Origin: Paraspadella gotoi
Taxonomy: Eukaryota > Animalia > Chaetognatha
Length of the DNA stretch: 64,000 nt
Reading direction: 5' to 3'
Assembly (NCBI GenBank): GCA_051294375.1
Contig: JBJCIZ010000239.1
Coordinates: forward strand, 2,803,476-2,867,475
Each line of letters starts with the position of its first letter. Positions within the stretch are counted from its first letter, which is position 1. Below are positions 1-12,120 of this stretch, one piece after another. Both the position numbers and the translations under genes were made by a program. The notes beneath the pieces are model-generated. The model searched no databases, had not been told where the DNA came from, and worked only from the letters and a program-made list of their open reading frames with translations.

Positions 1-187
1 AAATAAGTTTGTTTAGATACTTATTTATTCAACCTTTTTCTTGTCCTCTAATCTTATAAAGATACCAAAAATATGATCAAAAGATTGTATAAAAATCATA
101 GCTAATAAATCAACAAATTAACTTAATAACCGCACTGAATCACAAAGTTGGTGAAATCAATGAGGGAATTCACAACAGGCATTTCTC

Positions 188-1010
188 TCAAGCAACGTGA
201 AACTCGAATTCTACTAATTTCCCAAGGCCGGCGCGAACCACGTCGCCCGGACTGACGGGTCCGACGCCAGCAGGGGTGCCCGTCAAGACTAGATCACCCT
301 CCTGGAGGGTAAAGTACTGGGAGATAAAGTTGATAAGCGTCGGGATGTCAAAGATCATGTCGCGAGTTGATCCTCGTTGACGATCTTTCCCGTTGACGGA
401 GCACCAAAGCTCCACGTCGTGAGGATCGCCAAGTTTATCCTGTTACGCGAAAAACAATCCAGGGTTAAGACTTGTTATGCAAGATAGTTTTATAAGAGGA
501 TCAATGATGAAGATGGAATACCGCTGCAATCATGTCGGAGATGGGACAACTGGTATCGAAACCTTTGGCCAAGCACCAAGGATGGCCCTTGGTCTTGGCC
601 TCTTGTTGAAAGTCTCTGGCCGTCATGTCCAAGGCCAAAGCGTATCCAGCGACGTAACCGCATCGGAAGACTTTGTCCTTCGGAATGTCCGCTCCTTCCT
701 TCCCGATCACGACCCCTGAACGAAATAGAAGGAAATTTCTTTTAAAACAGAAAACGGGAACGGAGTCGTCAAAGTTTTGGTTTTCCGTACCCAGTTCAAC
801 TTCATGATGAAGATCCTTGCAGCCTTTCGGAATTCGAATTTTCTGACCTTCCACGATGTAGGAGGAAGTTGGCTTTAGAAACAACATGGGTTTAGAAGGC
901 ACGGCAGCCCCCAACTCTTTGGCGTGATCGGCAAAGTTCCTTCCTACCGCCACGATTTTTTTACCATTTTGAACGAACCACGGGAGTTTTCGTGGCGCCT
1001 GTGACGTCAT
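188..1010 (-). CDS. FAHD1: Fumarylacetoacetate hydrolase domain protein 1 (acylpyruvase/oxaloacetate decarboxylase), 3 exons
   Basis: KIVAVGRNFADHAKELG, FLKPTSSY, HHEVELG, LALDMTARD, WCLAKGFDTSCP, TLQEGDLVLTGTPAGVGP; GT-AG introns near 716-790 and 441-521. Confidence 0.93.
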
Positions 1011-1954
1011 GGCGTCTTATTCTAATTTCCATGTGTACTGGGAAGTAAAAATGTAAAGTATGGTGTAGAAAGTGATTTTAAGATGTTGAAAATAGAAAAG
1101 CAATCCGCTTAAAGATGGATACTAGTATCGCCTAGCTTAAATTTTGCACTGATCATCTGTGTAAGGGGTATAGTACTTATTGTTTTTAATAAAAGTAAAT
1201 GATAGTCTATTTATAGACTTAAGTTCTTATCCCCCGTCCCTGGCCCTGAGTACTTTTTAAACTAAATAAATAAATAAATTAGTCTAAAAAAAAAAAGTAG
1301 TATTTCCTTTCTTTATTTTGAAAACAATATTAAAAACTTAAAAGTATGAAAAGCTTCATCATACATCCACATTCCACCACTAATGTAAACGCCCAGATAC
1401 GACATACTTTTTGAAAATAAAAAAATATATGAACCAAAACTAGTAGAATAAAACGGTAAAATTAGTAATCGAAGATAGATGAGCATGCTCAACAAATAAA
1501 AATAAATGAGCCAATGAATCAGAATCGTTGCTCGATTTATAGTGTTATTTTTAGGTCAATTTCAAACGCCCTCCCTTAACAAGCAGGCGCTGCAAAATAA
1601 GTGAGTGTTCCTGAATTGAGCAGCTCATATTTTATCGGAGAACAAGAAATCGACGTTTTGAATTAATCATCGTACAAAGAGACTAAGTTTAACTTGAGTT
1701 CAAGTTCTGCGTTAACACTGTCTCAAAGAGTGACGAATGAAGAAAGTATTGAATAGTCAAAAAATGCCACAAGAATGAAAATTCGGAAAGAAAAAAAACA
1801 ATATGCATATCTTCTGATATACATAAACATTATATATATTTTCATATACTACCGGTTAAAAAAATGTAGTATTCGAGGTCGAAAACAAAAAAAAAATACG
1901 TAAAAGAGAAATGGACTAGATAATTAAGATGGTGCAATAAAAAGTAAAAAAGAA

Positions 1955-4900
1955 TCACTGGTTTCTCCAAGCCCCGAGGCCTTTTCCCCCTTTGCCGATT
2001 CGATTATGAGCTTGACGGGCGGCCTCCCCGGTGGAGATCCATTTGCTGATCACGTTATTGGAGAGGAATCGGGAGTTGGTCGGTCGGGAGGAGGAAGTAG
2101 GCCCGAAGGATCCCGCCAGGGACACCAAGGACTCGGGAGGCGAAAAGGCGCCGGACAAAAACGAAAGAGAATCCTGGGGACTGATTCCCGGCGTGGTAGA
2201 CAGCGGCGCCGGCGGCGGCGGCGCCAATCGGCATAAATCCGCGAAACCGGAGTAAAAATCGGGAGAGCGAGATAATGGAGGAGGAAAGGGAGGAAAGGGC
2301 GAGATGGGATTTGAGGAGGAAGACTTCCATGGATCATTGACGCTAGCGTCGGTGGCGGAAGCGGCGGCGCTAGAGGACGCCATCTCGCCGGGAGAGAGAA
2401 GATCGAGGTGGGCGGGGGGCGTGTCGACTCTGCCATCGGTGGAATCCAGCGAGGGCGAGGAAGTGCGCCCGCCTTCGGGCATGAAGTAAATGCTGTTGTT
2501 AAAATCGTGACTTGGGCGGAGAAGGAAATCGTGCTGGTGGTGAAGACTCGTCGGAGCCTGATCGCCGACCACGATTTCGTCCAAACGAAGAAAGGGAGCG
2601 CCTGATATGCGGGGGGAAAAAGGGGAAAGATAAACCGTGTTTACAAAAAAATTAGTTTAAAAGTGATTTTATTATCTCACCGGGAACGATGTCGAAATGC
2701 GATTGAACCACAGGATGACGCCTTTCAACGAAATTGGGATTGACACCGGTCTGCGACGGACAACCATTGCGGTTGGATGACTCGGCTAATCTATCTATCC
2801 CTTCGCTTTGGGCCTTTCCTTCTTCCGAAACGAATTGTCCACTCGAGGGTTTTTTATCGTCGTCTTTTGCGGTGGCGTTTCGACCGCCCTTTCCGGGGTT
2901 ACAGCCTTTTCCGCCTCCGGGGAGAAAAGCGAAGATTTTGTTTTTTCCACCCACGCCTGCGGTCCCGCCGGAGACGGGCAAGTTTTCCTTCATGAGTTGC
3001 TTCCGGCTTTTGAGGGGACCGGAAAATCCGCTGAGAAGATGATAGACCGGCCTCTCGTCCTGCGACTGCAGCAAAGCTTCGAAACGTTCCAGCAGATTTT
3101 GCTGCAAACAGATGGTGCGTTGCATGGGGGATCCGCGAAGGTGGACCACGTGAGGAATGGCTTGAAGAAGGCTGAGGAAGGAGTTGAAGCCCAAACATTT
3201 TAGATTGTCCGGAATGGGGCCGTAGAGAGCCTCGTAAGCCTTCTCTACCTCATCCACCGAGAAGCCTTTGCTCGACCCGTGGGATCCGCAGAGCGGACCG
3301 GAAATAAGAAGGCGCACCCTCCGCGCGAATTGCTGCAAAGGGCAAAGAGACAACCCAAACGATCCCTTGGATGAATCAGCAGTCAAAGAGGCTTCGAAGA
3401 CCGCGCTGTGATGAAAAGAGTCGTCGAGCGTGGCGTCAAGCGCCGACTCGTTCGAGGGAGATGAGAAATGGATCCGATCTGAAGCCGAGGGGTCGCTGGG
3501 TCTCTTCTCCCGCTTGTCGTCGGGTAAGATGACTTGAACGTAACTGCGCATCTCGCACAGCACCGTCGGCAGATCGAGCGGCTGCACGAACATCATCTCG
3601 TATTTGCGTTTGAGTTCGTCGGCTTCGATGGTTTCTTCCTCGTGATCGATGAGAATGAGGAGAACTTGAGCGGCGGCCGCGATGACGAAGCAACGATCCA
3701 ACAGAACCAGTTGGGGTTGAATCAGGTCCGGCGGTGGCTGGGACACGTTGGGAAGGACGGGCCGAGTCGAAGAGGGGGCGGCGGTGTTCGGCGACGAAGG
3801 AGGAAAAGAACTGGAAGCGCAGAGATGGTTGGATTTGTTGTTGGAAGAAAAATCTGGAGATAAAGAATTCCAAAACGAAGGTCCATCGGTTGAGAGGAAA
3901 GACTGGCTTTGATGATTGTTGTTGTTCAGACTGTTGACATTCGACAAGGAACCGTTGACGTCTGAATCCGGAAATTTTCGTGGAAGATCTCCGTCGCCGT
4001 TCGATGTCAGTTTATTGCAAGAGCGCGAAGCCATTGTCGTCGGGGGCGGCGGTTGACTCACCAACAAATGATGCAATGGTCCGCAATCGACGCGAACCAC
4101 GTTGAGGATCAACTGGGTAAGTCTTCTTACATCCGGGACTCCGAAATCCGCGAGCCGTAACTCGTAGCCATGGTGACGATGATAAGTTGCCAAGAAGAGC
4201 TCAACGGGCAGAGTTTGATTTGGGATGGTCTTTAACATCGCCGTCACCTGATTCGCCAAAACCCCCACCATTTCCTTCCAGTTGAGCTGGAGGAAACGAT
4301 CGGGCTGCTCCTCGGTTTTTTTGTCCACGGATTTAGAATTCGAGGTTATCGTCGAGCTCAACTCGACGGGCAGAGCGGGAGGTTCGTCTTTGAGAGTCAC
4401 GACGTCGCCGATCGCCTCCATGAGGTCGATCAACTTGGAGAACCCATAATCCGAGACTCGACACTGATGACCGAAATGGTGATGATAGGCAGGGATGAAT
4501 TTGTTGAGAAGCAGGCGACATCGGGGATGATTGCGCAAGAGTTCGACGACCTCGCGGGCGAACTGTCTCGTCCGCGCGCGCTCTTCCGGAGTTTGCTCTC
4601 TCAAGGGAAGATAGAGCCAGATCTGAGGATCGTCGATGAGAACGAGAGGTTGCGGCGGAGACGGACGACTTTCGGGTCGAGTCTCCATTTCCGCCCCTTC
4701 TCTCTGCGGCATCCGACGCGGATCCTTGGCCGATTTTGGTTCCCCGTCGTAGGATATCAAAACGACTCCTTTAATCATATTAAAAATTGGATCAATTAGA
4801 TTTTTACCAACTGGGAGACAAACTACTAATGCTCACCGTGAGGAATGAAGTTGATGGCATCGCTGAGTAGACACATCCCATAATCGGTGACCCTGAAGGG

Positions 4901-6588
4901 AGATCCGACGAGGGAATGAAACGTTGAAGGAAAATCTTTTAATGGAATTCTCTTCATCGGTTGCGACTTCAAAACGCGAAGGATGTCGTTTGTAAAACGT
5001 CGAATTTGAACTCTGAGAAGAATCACGTGGGTTAAATTCACATCACGAATGGTAAATACCAGTAAATACTAAAATTCTCTCACCTGTGAGTCAGCGTGAG
5101 GATCTTGTTATTCCCCGCCCCTAGCACTTGCACGACGTGAGGAATCGCCAACAACAGATCCAAGAGCTTGGTGAAGCCGTAGTCCGCCACCCTGCATTGC
5201 TTGCCAAAGTAATGGTGATAGGCGGGGATGAATTTGTTGAATTCCAGCACTGAACCCGGAGTGTGCTTCATTAGGTCGTTCACGGACCGGGCAAACTCCT
5301 GCAGCGGTGGAGGAATGGAGGCGAGCAGCTGCTGCTGCGCGTTTCCGCTGCACCTTCCGCATTGACCGGGACTGGCCAGCTGATGAGCGCTCGTGTCGTC
5401 TTCAACGGAGGCGCGGTGTCTCTCGCATTTGGTGCAGACGGCGGCGTCTTTGCCCTTCCGCGTTTCCGTCTCAGGCGCGAGATGCAGCATCTTGACGGCG
5501 TTCTTGCACCAGGATATTGAGACGCGCGGGACGCAGAGAATGATGTGCTCGAGAGGAACTCCGACGCGCGATTCGTCGTCGGAGACGGCGTCGCCGATGG
5601 AGAGAGGCTCGGCAGGATAAACAGCGTCGAAACAGCGGGGAAACGAGAAGAGCGGCATCTGACCTCCATGAAGTTCCAGAATTCGAATCAATTTGGCGCC
5701 GAAATCTTGAAAAACAACTTGGACAACATTTGGCAGAAAAAGATCCGGGGACGGCGGGGATTCCAGCTCTCTCGGCGAACAGTGTAGCTGGCAGCGCGAG
5801 GAATCCTGCGCCGCCGCGGAGAAAGAGTAAGGTTGCGAGACGGGGGTGGAATCTCGAGACGCCCGCCGCTGATTCTGCTGGAAAATGGTGTCGGATCGGA
5901 GTTGAACGAAAATGTCCGCGTCCGAAGAGATGATCTCGAGAATGTCTTTCATCTTGGAAATGTCCGTCATGCTCATCTTGTGATGGAAACGCTTCTCGAA
6001 GAGGTTGGCGAACTCGTGGATAGAGATGAGGCGGGAGTCCTCCGGGAGGCCGGACAAGAGCTTCATCGTGTTCATCTTAAGTTTGTTCGAGGTCCTCTGA
6101 ACGCTTCCGCTCCCCACCATCGCGCCATCGGACGTCAACGACAATTTTCGGGCATTGTCCACGGGCGAGAGGTTTGACAACGCGACGGCGGGATTGAAGA
6201 GCGGGGCAGGTCCAGACCCGAACCCTTCCGCCTTGTGTCCCGGCGGCAAAGGGGACACATTGACTTGAATCCTTTTGCATCCGACTTTTTGATGATGCAA
6301 CTTGGAAATGGCAACGTGGGCCTCCGCCTCCGAGGCCACGGTCACCTCTCCCGAAGTGACGAGCCCGTTGGTCTGAGTGTTGAGACTCACCTCCAGCACT
6401 TCCACATGCTGCTTAAACATCGCGTAGATCAACTCTTTCCATTCTTGCTTCCCGATTTTGCCGTCCAGGTTGCGGACGCTGAGGACGACGGGAGTTTTGA
6501 GCTGGAGCAAAGCGGGCGGAGGTTGCGGCGGTAGAGATGGGAGGGAAAGAGGAGCAACGCGAAACAATGATTCTGTATTGGAATTCAT
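1955..6588 (-). CDS. MARF1: Meiosis regulator and mRNA stability factor 1 / limkain-b1-like (one RRM plus multiple LOTUS/OST-HTH domains); last-exon frame uncertain
   Basis: RRM (VLSVRNLD...EAHVAISKLHHQKVGCKRIQV) followed by repeated LOTUS motifs KFIPAYHHYFGKQCRVADYGFTKL and KFIPAYHHHFGHQCRVSDYGFSKL; ORFs 5080-6588, 4826-5041, 2652-4778, 1955-2584. Confidence 0.88.
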
Positions 6589-7495
6589 TGTCTTTCAAAT
6601 TCAGCGCAGTGGGTGTTTTTTTTTGTTTTTTTTTTTTTGTTTTTTTTTTTTAAATTTGGACCTTCAAATTATTGTTTTTGTTGTTTTAAATATCAACGTC
6701 TTATTAAAAAGTTGATATTTAACGACAAGAAACAAATCGAAAAAAGAAATTTTGGGAGACATGTCTGGAGCTTTACGCTGTCATAGGATGGGGTTTCATT
6801 TTTTTTTGTCCCTGTGATCAATAAACAAAAAAAAATTATTAAATATTCAATTAAACTTTTTATTCAGAATGTCAACAATTAAAGTTTTACTGTCAATGAC
6901 CTATAAAATAATCACGAGACATGCATAAAAAAAACAAATTGTGAGGTGACGAAAGAAAAATAACAACAAAATTTAACACGGGTCTCGTTATTTACGGCTG
7001 AGAAAACGAAGACCCTCATTAGAGCGAAAAAACTGATTGAGCTGAATGAACGTCATTAGTTTTTCGCGAAAAAGATACACACAACGCAATTCTCCCTCTT
7101 AAGTTTAACGCAAAAGTTTAATCACGAGACTTAAGATATTGATAACCACCGATATGGGAATGATAACACTTACAAACATCTTCCAATTTTATTTAAATTT
7201 ACTTCGATTACAGTTTAAAAAGTAAAAAATAACTTGCACGAGTTTTAATGTTAGTACTTATCACTTATCACACGAGCAAAACTTTTATAAGGAATGGGAA
7301 GGTTAAAGCAACATTCGTTAAAATGACTTACAGGAAGCAGATTTAGCCACTAAGTGATAACCCAATATGCTCGAAGCGACAGGGATATGAATCATACGCG
7401 CAGTTTTGATTGTATCATAAATCAACTTCAGTTAAAACGCTACTTTCAGATTGATTCACTGTTTCTAGAGAAGTAGAAATTCACGATCATCATTT

Positions 7496-10071
7496 TCACT
7501 GACCAAAAGCGGGCGTAAAAGGTTGATTGTCATTCGTGGGGCCGTCGCCCTTCCCATCTTCTTTGTCCCCCTCGTCCATCGATTCTTTATTTTTTTGAGA
7601 GGCCGTCTCATCCTCCCTCTCATCATCGCCCTTGGGTCTTTGAAGTTCTACTTGGTCCTGCATGGCTTTGGCTCGATTGATATCAAAGGAAAGAGCTTCT
7701 AGCGGCAGAGCGCCCGGCTTCATTTCCATTCGCTTGATTTCTTGAATTTCGTACTCGACTTCGATCGCGTCCAAATCCATTTTACGTTCCAACAACAATT
7801 CGTCCATTTTTGAAAAACTTCCCGTTTCGTCAAGATTCACTTGGTCGAGGAGGCCAGGACCTGTTAGGATAGTTACAAGTTTGATCAAGCAATGCGGGCG
7901 GACAGGCGGGCAGACATCAATATATATGCATAATTTATAATTCGACGTTTTAAGACGATTTAAGTGATTTACCGACAAGATTATGGGGGTGGACCGACAA
8001 AGTGGCTTATAAAGGCTATAAGCAGATTCGGCTAAAAACAATGCCACTTTAGCGATCTAAACAAACGAACCTCGTCCGGCGGCCGTGTTTTTGTTCTTCG
8101 TTCTTTCCAAACTCTCTTCGAGGGTTTCGTGCAGCCAGCCGACCTTTTCCTCGGATTTAGAGGGTTGCTCGAACATCTGCGGAGAGTCTTTCGATCCCTT
8201 CGACGTCCGCGGCTCAATCTTCTTGGCCATCTCCATGGCAACGTGCTCTTCTTGCTTTTGTTTACGCTTCTCCACACGCTCGAAATGTTTTGCGCGCTTT
8301 TTTGCTTCAGCTTCGTTGAATTCGGAAATGTGAGATCGAAAGTCCGTGTAGTTTTGAGGCTTGCGGACCTACATGCATCGTCACGTAATGAAGGCAACCA
8401 TGATTATTACTTAGATAAAAAAATTGATATTACACTTCTTAAAAACAGAATAAAGGACATTCAAGTTTCAACACAATCAAAACAACAATATGCAAATGAT
8501 ATTGAGAGAATCTTATTTGGAAAAAGCCACCAATTTCTCTGCTACATTTCGTACGGACTACGGAGTTTCAAAAAAAAAAAATCCCTACTTTACTCACCCA
8601 AGCCGGGATATCGAATCCAAGAACTTCGGGCAACATGTAGGGCTTGAGCCAGCCGACGAGGGGAGTTTCCCCCGCTGTGTAAGCCGTGTTTTTGTGGTAG
8701 AACAAAAGTCCGTCCAATTCTACCTCGTCATTGGGGAAAGGTTGCCAGGAAAAACACTGACGAACGCCCTCACTGCGAGTTAAATTTGGACAATTTGCAA
8801 AATCGATTGCCAACGCTTCATCACTAATGCCTCTCTCACCGATTGCATGGAAAACAGGGAATCCTGATCGTACTGAAGTGAATATTTCCGCTGTCGGGCA
8901 TTTCGCTTAATTTGCTGTGCAACCACCACATTCTGAATTCGGTATCGCAGTCCCTGACGTCGTAGTCTTGCCACATAAGCAGATCGAGAATGAAGTAGGT
9001 GAAGAGATGCGGGGAGAAAATGCAATCGACCATGGTGTCGCCTGAAAAAAAAAAGAAAAAAAAATCGAACAGGATCGAAATCTAAAAACGTGAGTCTGAT
9101 TGTCTTAGACTAAGTTGTCAACATTTACCCGCGTTTCTGCAGTCGAAGAGAAGATACTTGGAGTCGTGTCGACGACTTCTGCTTCCGTTGGGGAGTTGAG
9201 ATTCAAAAGTGTTGAGGGGCATCCCTCCTTTGCTGAAGGAGCAAGTCTTCTTGTTCGAAGCCACGAGCAAAGACCTTTTGCCGACCGGCACTGGAACCAC
9301 GAGCCACTCCTTTTCCATATCTTCGGGAACCTATTTGGTCATTTCGATGAAATAAAAGTTGTAACAAATAGAGTCGTCTGCTCGTTGCCACCGCATGCGG
9401 GACCAATTGCCGACCTCGACGAGCCATTCCGACAACATGAGGGTGTCCTTGAACGTGTTCCAGATTTGGTCGGGCCTTCGTCTTTGCGGCCTTCGAGCAA
9501 TCTCGTTGATGTCCATCTTTTCCTCGTCGCGACTGGCGACCTTCTCGGTGAAGTCCACATCGTCGTCCCCGTCTTCATCGTCCTCGGTTTCCGCCTCTAC
9601 TTTGTTTTTTCTATTTAAAATAATTACAGATTTAATTAATTTAAATAATATATAATTACAGATTTAATTAATTTAATTAATTAATATAATTACAGATTTA
9701 ATTAATTTAATTAATTAATTTAATTATAGATTTTTAAAACGACCAACGATACGTCGTTCTTTCCAATAATTTAGGTTGTGTAAACTTATTGACGAAGGTT
9801 ACTGCGACAATCGTGCAAACGTAAGAAAAAAAAAAATTCTCGCCAACCTTAACCTCTTAATCTCTAACAGCGCCTCTCTTCTTTTCTTTTGCTCTTCGAG
9901 GAGACGGAATCTGCGGTTGTTCTGCCCCGCCTCCATCGATCGCTCTCCCTTGTTTTTGTACTGTTGACTTCTAAAGAAGGCGGGATGATCTTTGGTCGTG
10001 GAATGGCCCTCGGATTGGCTCACCGAAAAGGACCCCGCCAGAGCCGAGGCCAAATCCTCCATTTCCGACAT
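7496..10071 (-). CDS. SNUPN: Snurportin-1 (m3G-cap importin adaptor) with a long C-terminal extension
   Basis: MEDLASALAGSFSVS and IBB-like RRFRLLEEQKKRR; LMLSEWLVEVPED, VPVGKRSLLVAS, YFILDLLMW, CDTEFRMWWL, ELDGLLFYHK, TPLVGWLKPYM; splices on via TGG|gtgagt...catgtag|GTCCGC and CGAG|gttcgt...aacag|GTCCT into 8057-8370 and 7496-7860. Confidence 0.9.
9615..9732. repeat. AT-rich intronic minisatellite (about 4 copies of aattacagatttaattaatttaa)
   Basis: Tandem copies visible directly in a SNUPN intron. Confidence 0.85.
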
Positions 10072-10448
10072 TTTCACGGGTGATGTTTTTTTCTTCGAAA
10101 TTTCACGGCCTTTTGTCGGCACGAAGACAAACGGGAAGAGGCATCTGAATTTTAAAAAAAAAAAGTTTTTAAATAAAAATCAATCGAATTTTTAAATAAT
10201 CAAATCGTTATTGAAGGTATTGTGTAATGTAATGTTTAATTAGCAATTAACAAATATCCACTTCTGGATGAGGTAGTACAACTTACAATGTCAAAGGGGG
10301 AACAATTTAGGAACAAAATTAACATAACAAATGCGAAGAAAAAAACTCGAAGTCACCACATCTGTATAGGATCACAGTAGGCTTTTTGTAAACAATACAA
10401 AATTAACGAATCCTTAAAAAACCTCATTTAATCATTGAAATCAAAATT

Positions 10449-11993
10449 TTAAATAAATTCGAATTCATCAAAAGTCATCAATTTGATTTTTGTTGCGATC
10501 TGTTTATAAACCAGATCAGCGGCGTCCAACGCCCAAATAAAGTCGAGATGGTCGAAGGCGGAAATAAAGACGTCGTCGACGTTGCTCAATCTGTTGATGA
10601 CGCTGTTTTGGACGTCCGTCGGGTCGGCCATCAGGTCGTGACCGCCCCAGTAGACGCTCGTGGGGATGCGGACTTTGGTGACGTCGTACAAAGGTGGCGT
10701 CGTTTGATTGTAGTGCAGCCAGTTGAAAAATCTACTGCCGTAGTCGTACATTTGAAATTTTCCATGGCGCACCATCTGGAAGTCGCGTTGGAAAGAAAAT
10801 TTTATTAATAATTAATAATTTAATATAATTTAATTTAATTTTCCATGGCGCACCATCTGGAAGTCGCGTTGGAAAGAAAAAAAGGTTAAAAATATTATTT
10901 TGAACAAACTCACTTGAGCAAAGTGAGCAATATTTTTCACAGATGTCCCGGCCGGGGTGTGAGTGAAGTAAACCGGAAGTCGAGTCGAGTTTAGCTGCTG
11001 AGCATCGTAGCCACAAAGGATGAAGAGCAAGTTGGAGCAAAAGATTCGCGTCTCGCGAGTGCAGAGGCCTTCCGCCAGATATTTGATTATCTGGAAGAAA
11101 AAAGGTTAAAAACGATTAATATTAGATTTAACTAGTAGTTTTATCCGTAAAAGAGAAAAAAAAACTATTACCCACCACACCTCGTCATTTGGGAAAAAGT
11201 CCTTGACGCCGAAAATCTTGAAGAATACGTCCAACAAGGGTTCAAGATTCGAGAGCAATCTCAACGGTTTCGAGTTCATGTGACCCAATTCCGCCACGGG
11301 ACCCAACGCGAAAAAATGTTTGATTTTCGCGGCGAACTGAGGATTTCGAGACGCCTGAGCGAAGACTATGGCCGTGCCCTGGGAATGGCCCACGTAATAA
11401 AGCGAACTCCAGCCAGTGACGTTTAGTACGTGATCAATCATAGCAGGTAAATCGTATGCAGCCATCTCGTCCCAACTGAACGACCAATACGCTTCGGACT
11501 TTGGATCGAGGTGGGTATGGTTTCTGTCGCGATAAATGATTGACAATGAAAGTTAAAACAACATCCCCCCGCCCTTGACCCGCCAAGGTCGGCCTCGGAA
11601 CCTGGAATAAGTGTTTCCCCTCATGTTCCCCATCCAAACGTCGAAACCGGCGTCGGCGAGGATGAAAGCGAGAGACTCGTTGGGCAAGTTGGTGATCCAA
11701 TTGGTGGATGCGGCCAAGAGACCGTGTTGCAGAAAAACCGAGGGTCGGCGATTCGAGCCTCGGCGGGCGTTACGTCCGTGAGGGACGCGAAATACCGAGA
11801 GCAAGTATCCGTCGGCCGTTGAGACGACGTGACGTTCCGAAGGATAACCCCAACGACGGACGATCCCTTCCGGTCCGAGGTCGACCTCGGGGTCCCTGCC
11901 GGGCGCAGAAGCTTCATCCCCGGCGCTGACCGTCCGCCGGTCGAGCAAAAACAACACGAAGAAAAATGCAAAGGGAAACGTTTTTTCGTGCAT
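10449..11993 (-). CDS. Secreted/lysosomal acid lipase (LIPA/gastric lipase family)
   Basis: Signal peptide; [52 protein letters not shown], nucleophile [27 protein letters not shown]. Confidence 0.93.
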
Positions 11994-12120
11994 TTTCTTA
12001 ATCCCCCCTGACGAAAGTGGGTTGGCTGGAAAAAAAGTAAAACAAACTCGATGTTTAAAAGGCGCAGAAACAAAGAGTTAAATGTAACAACTGGAACAGT
12101 AATAACATTGTAATTTATGA

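Noticed and set aside
2006-6534. Many plus-strand ORFs overlapping MARF1, and similar antisense ORFs across the window
   Set aside because: Shadow frames of GC-rich exons with no recognisable motifs
9615-9732. CRISPR-like repeat array
   Set aside because: Pure AT minisatellite without unique spacers, in a eukaryotic intron
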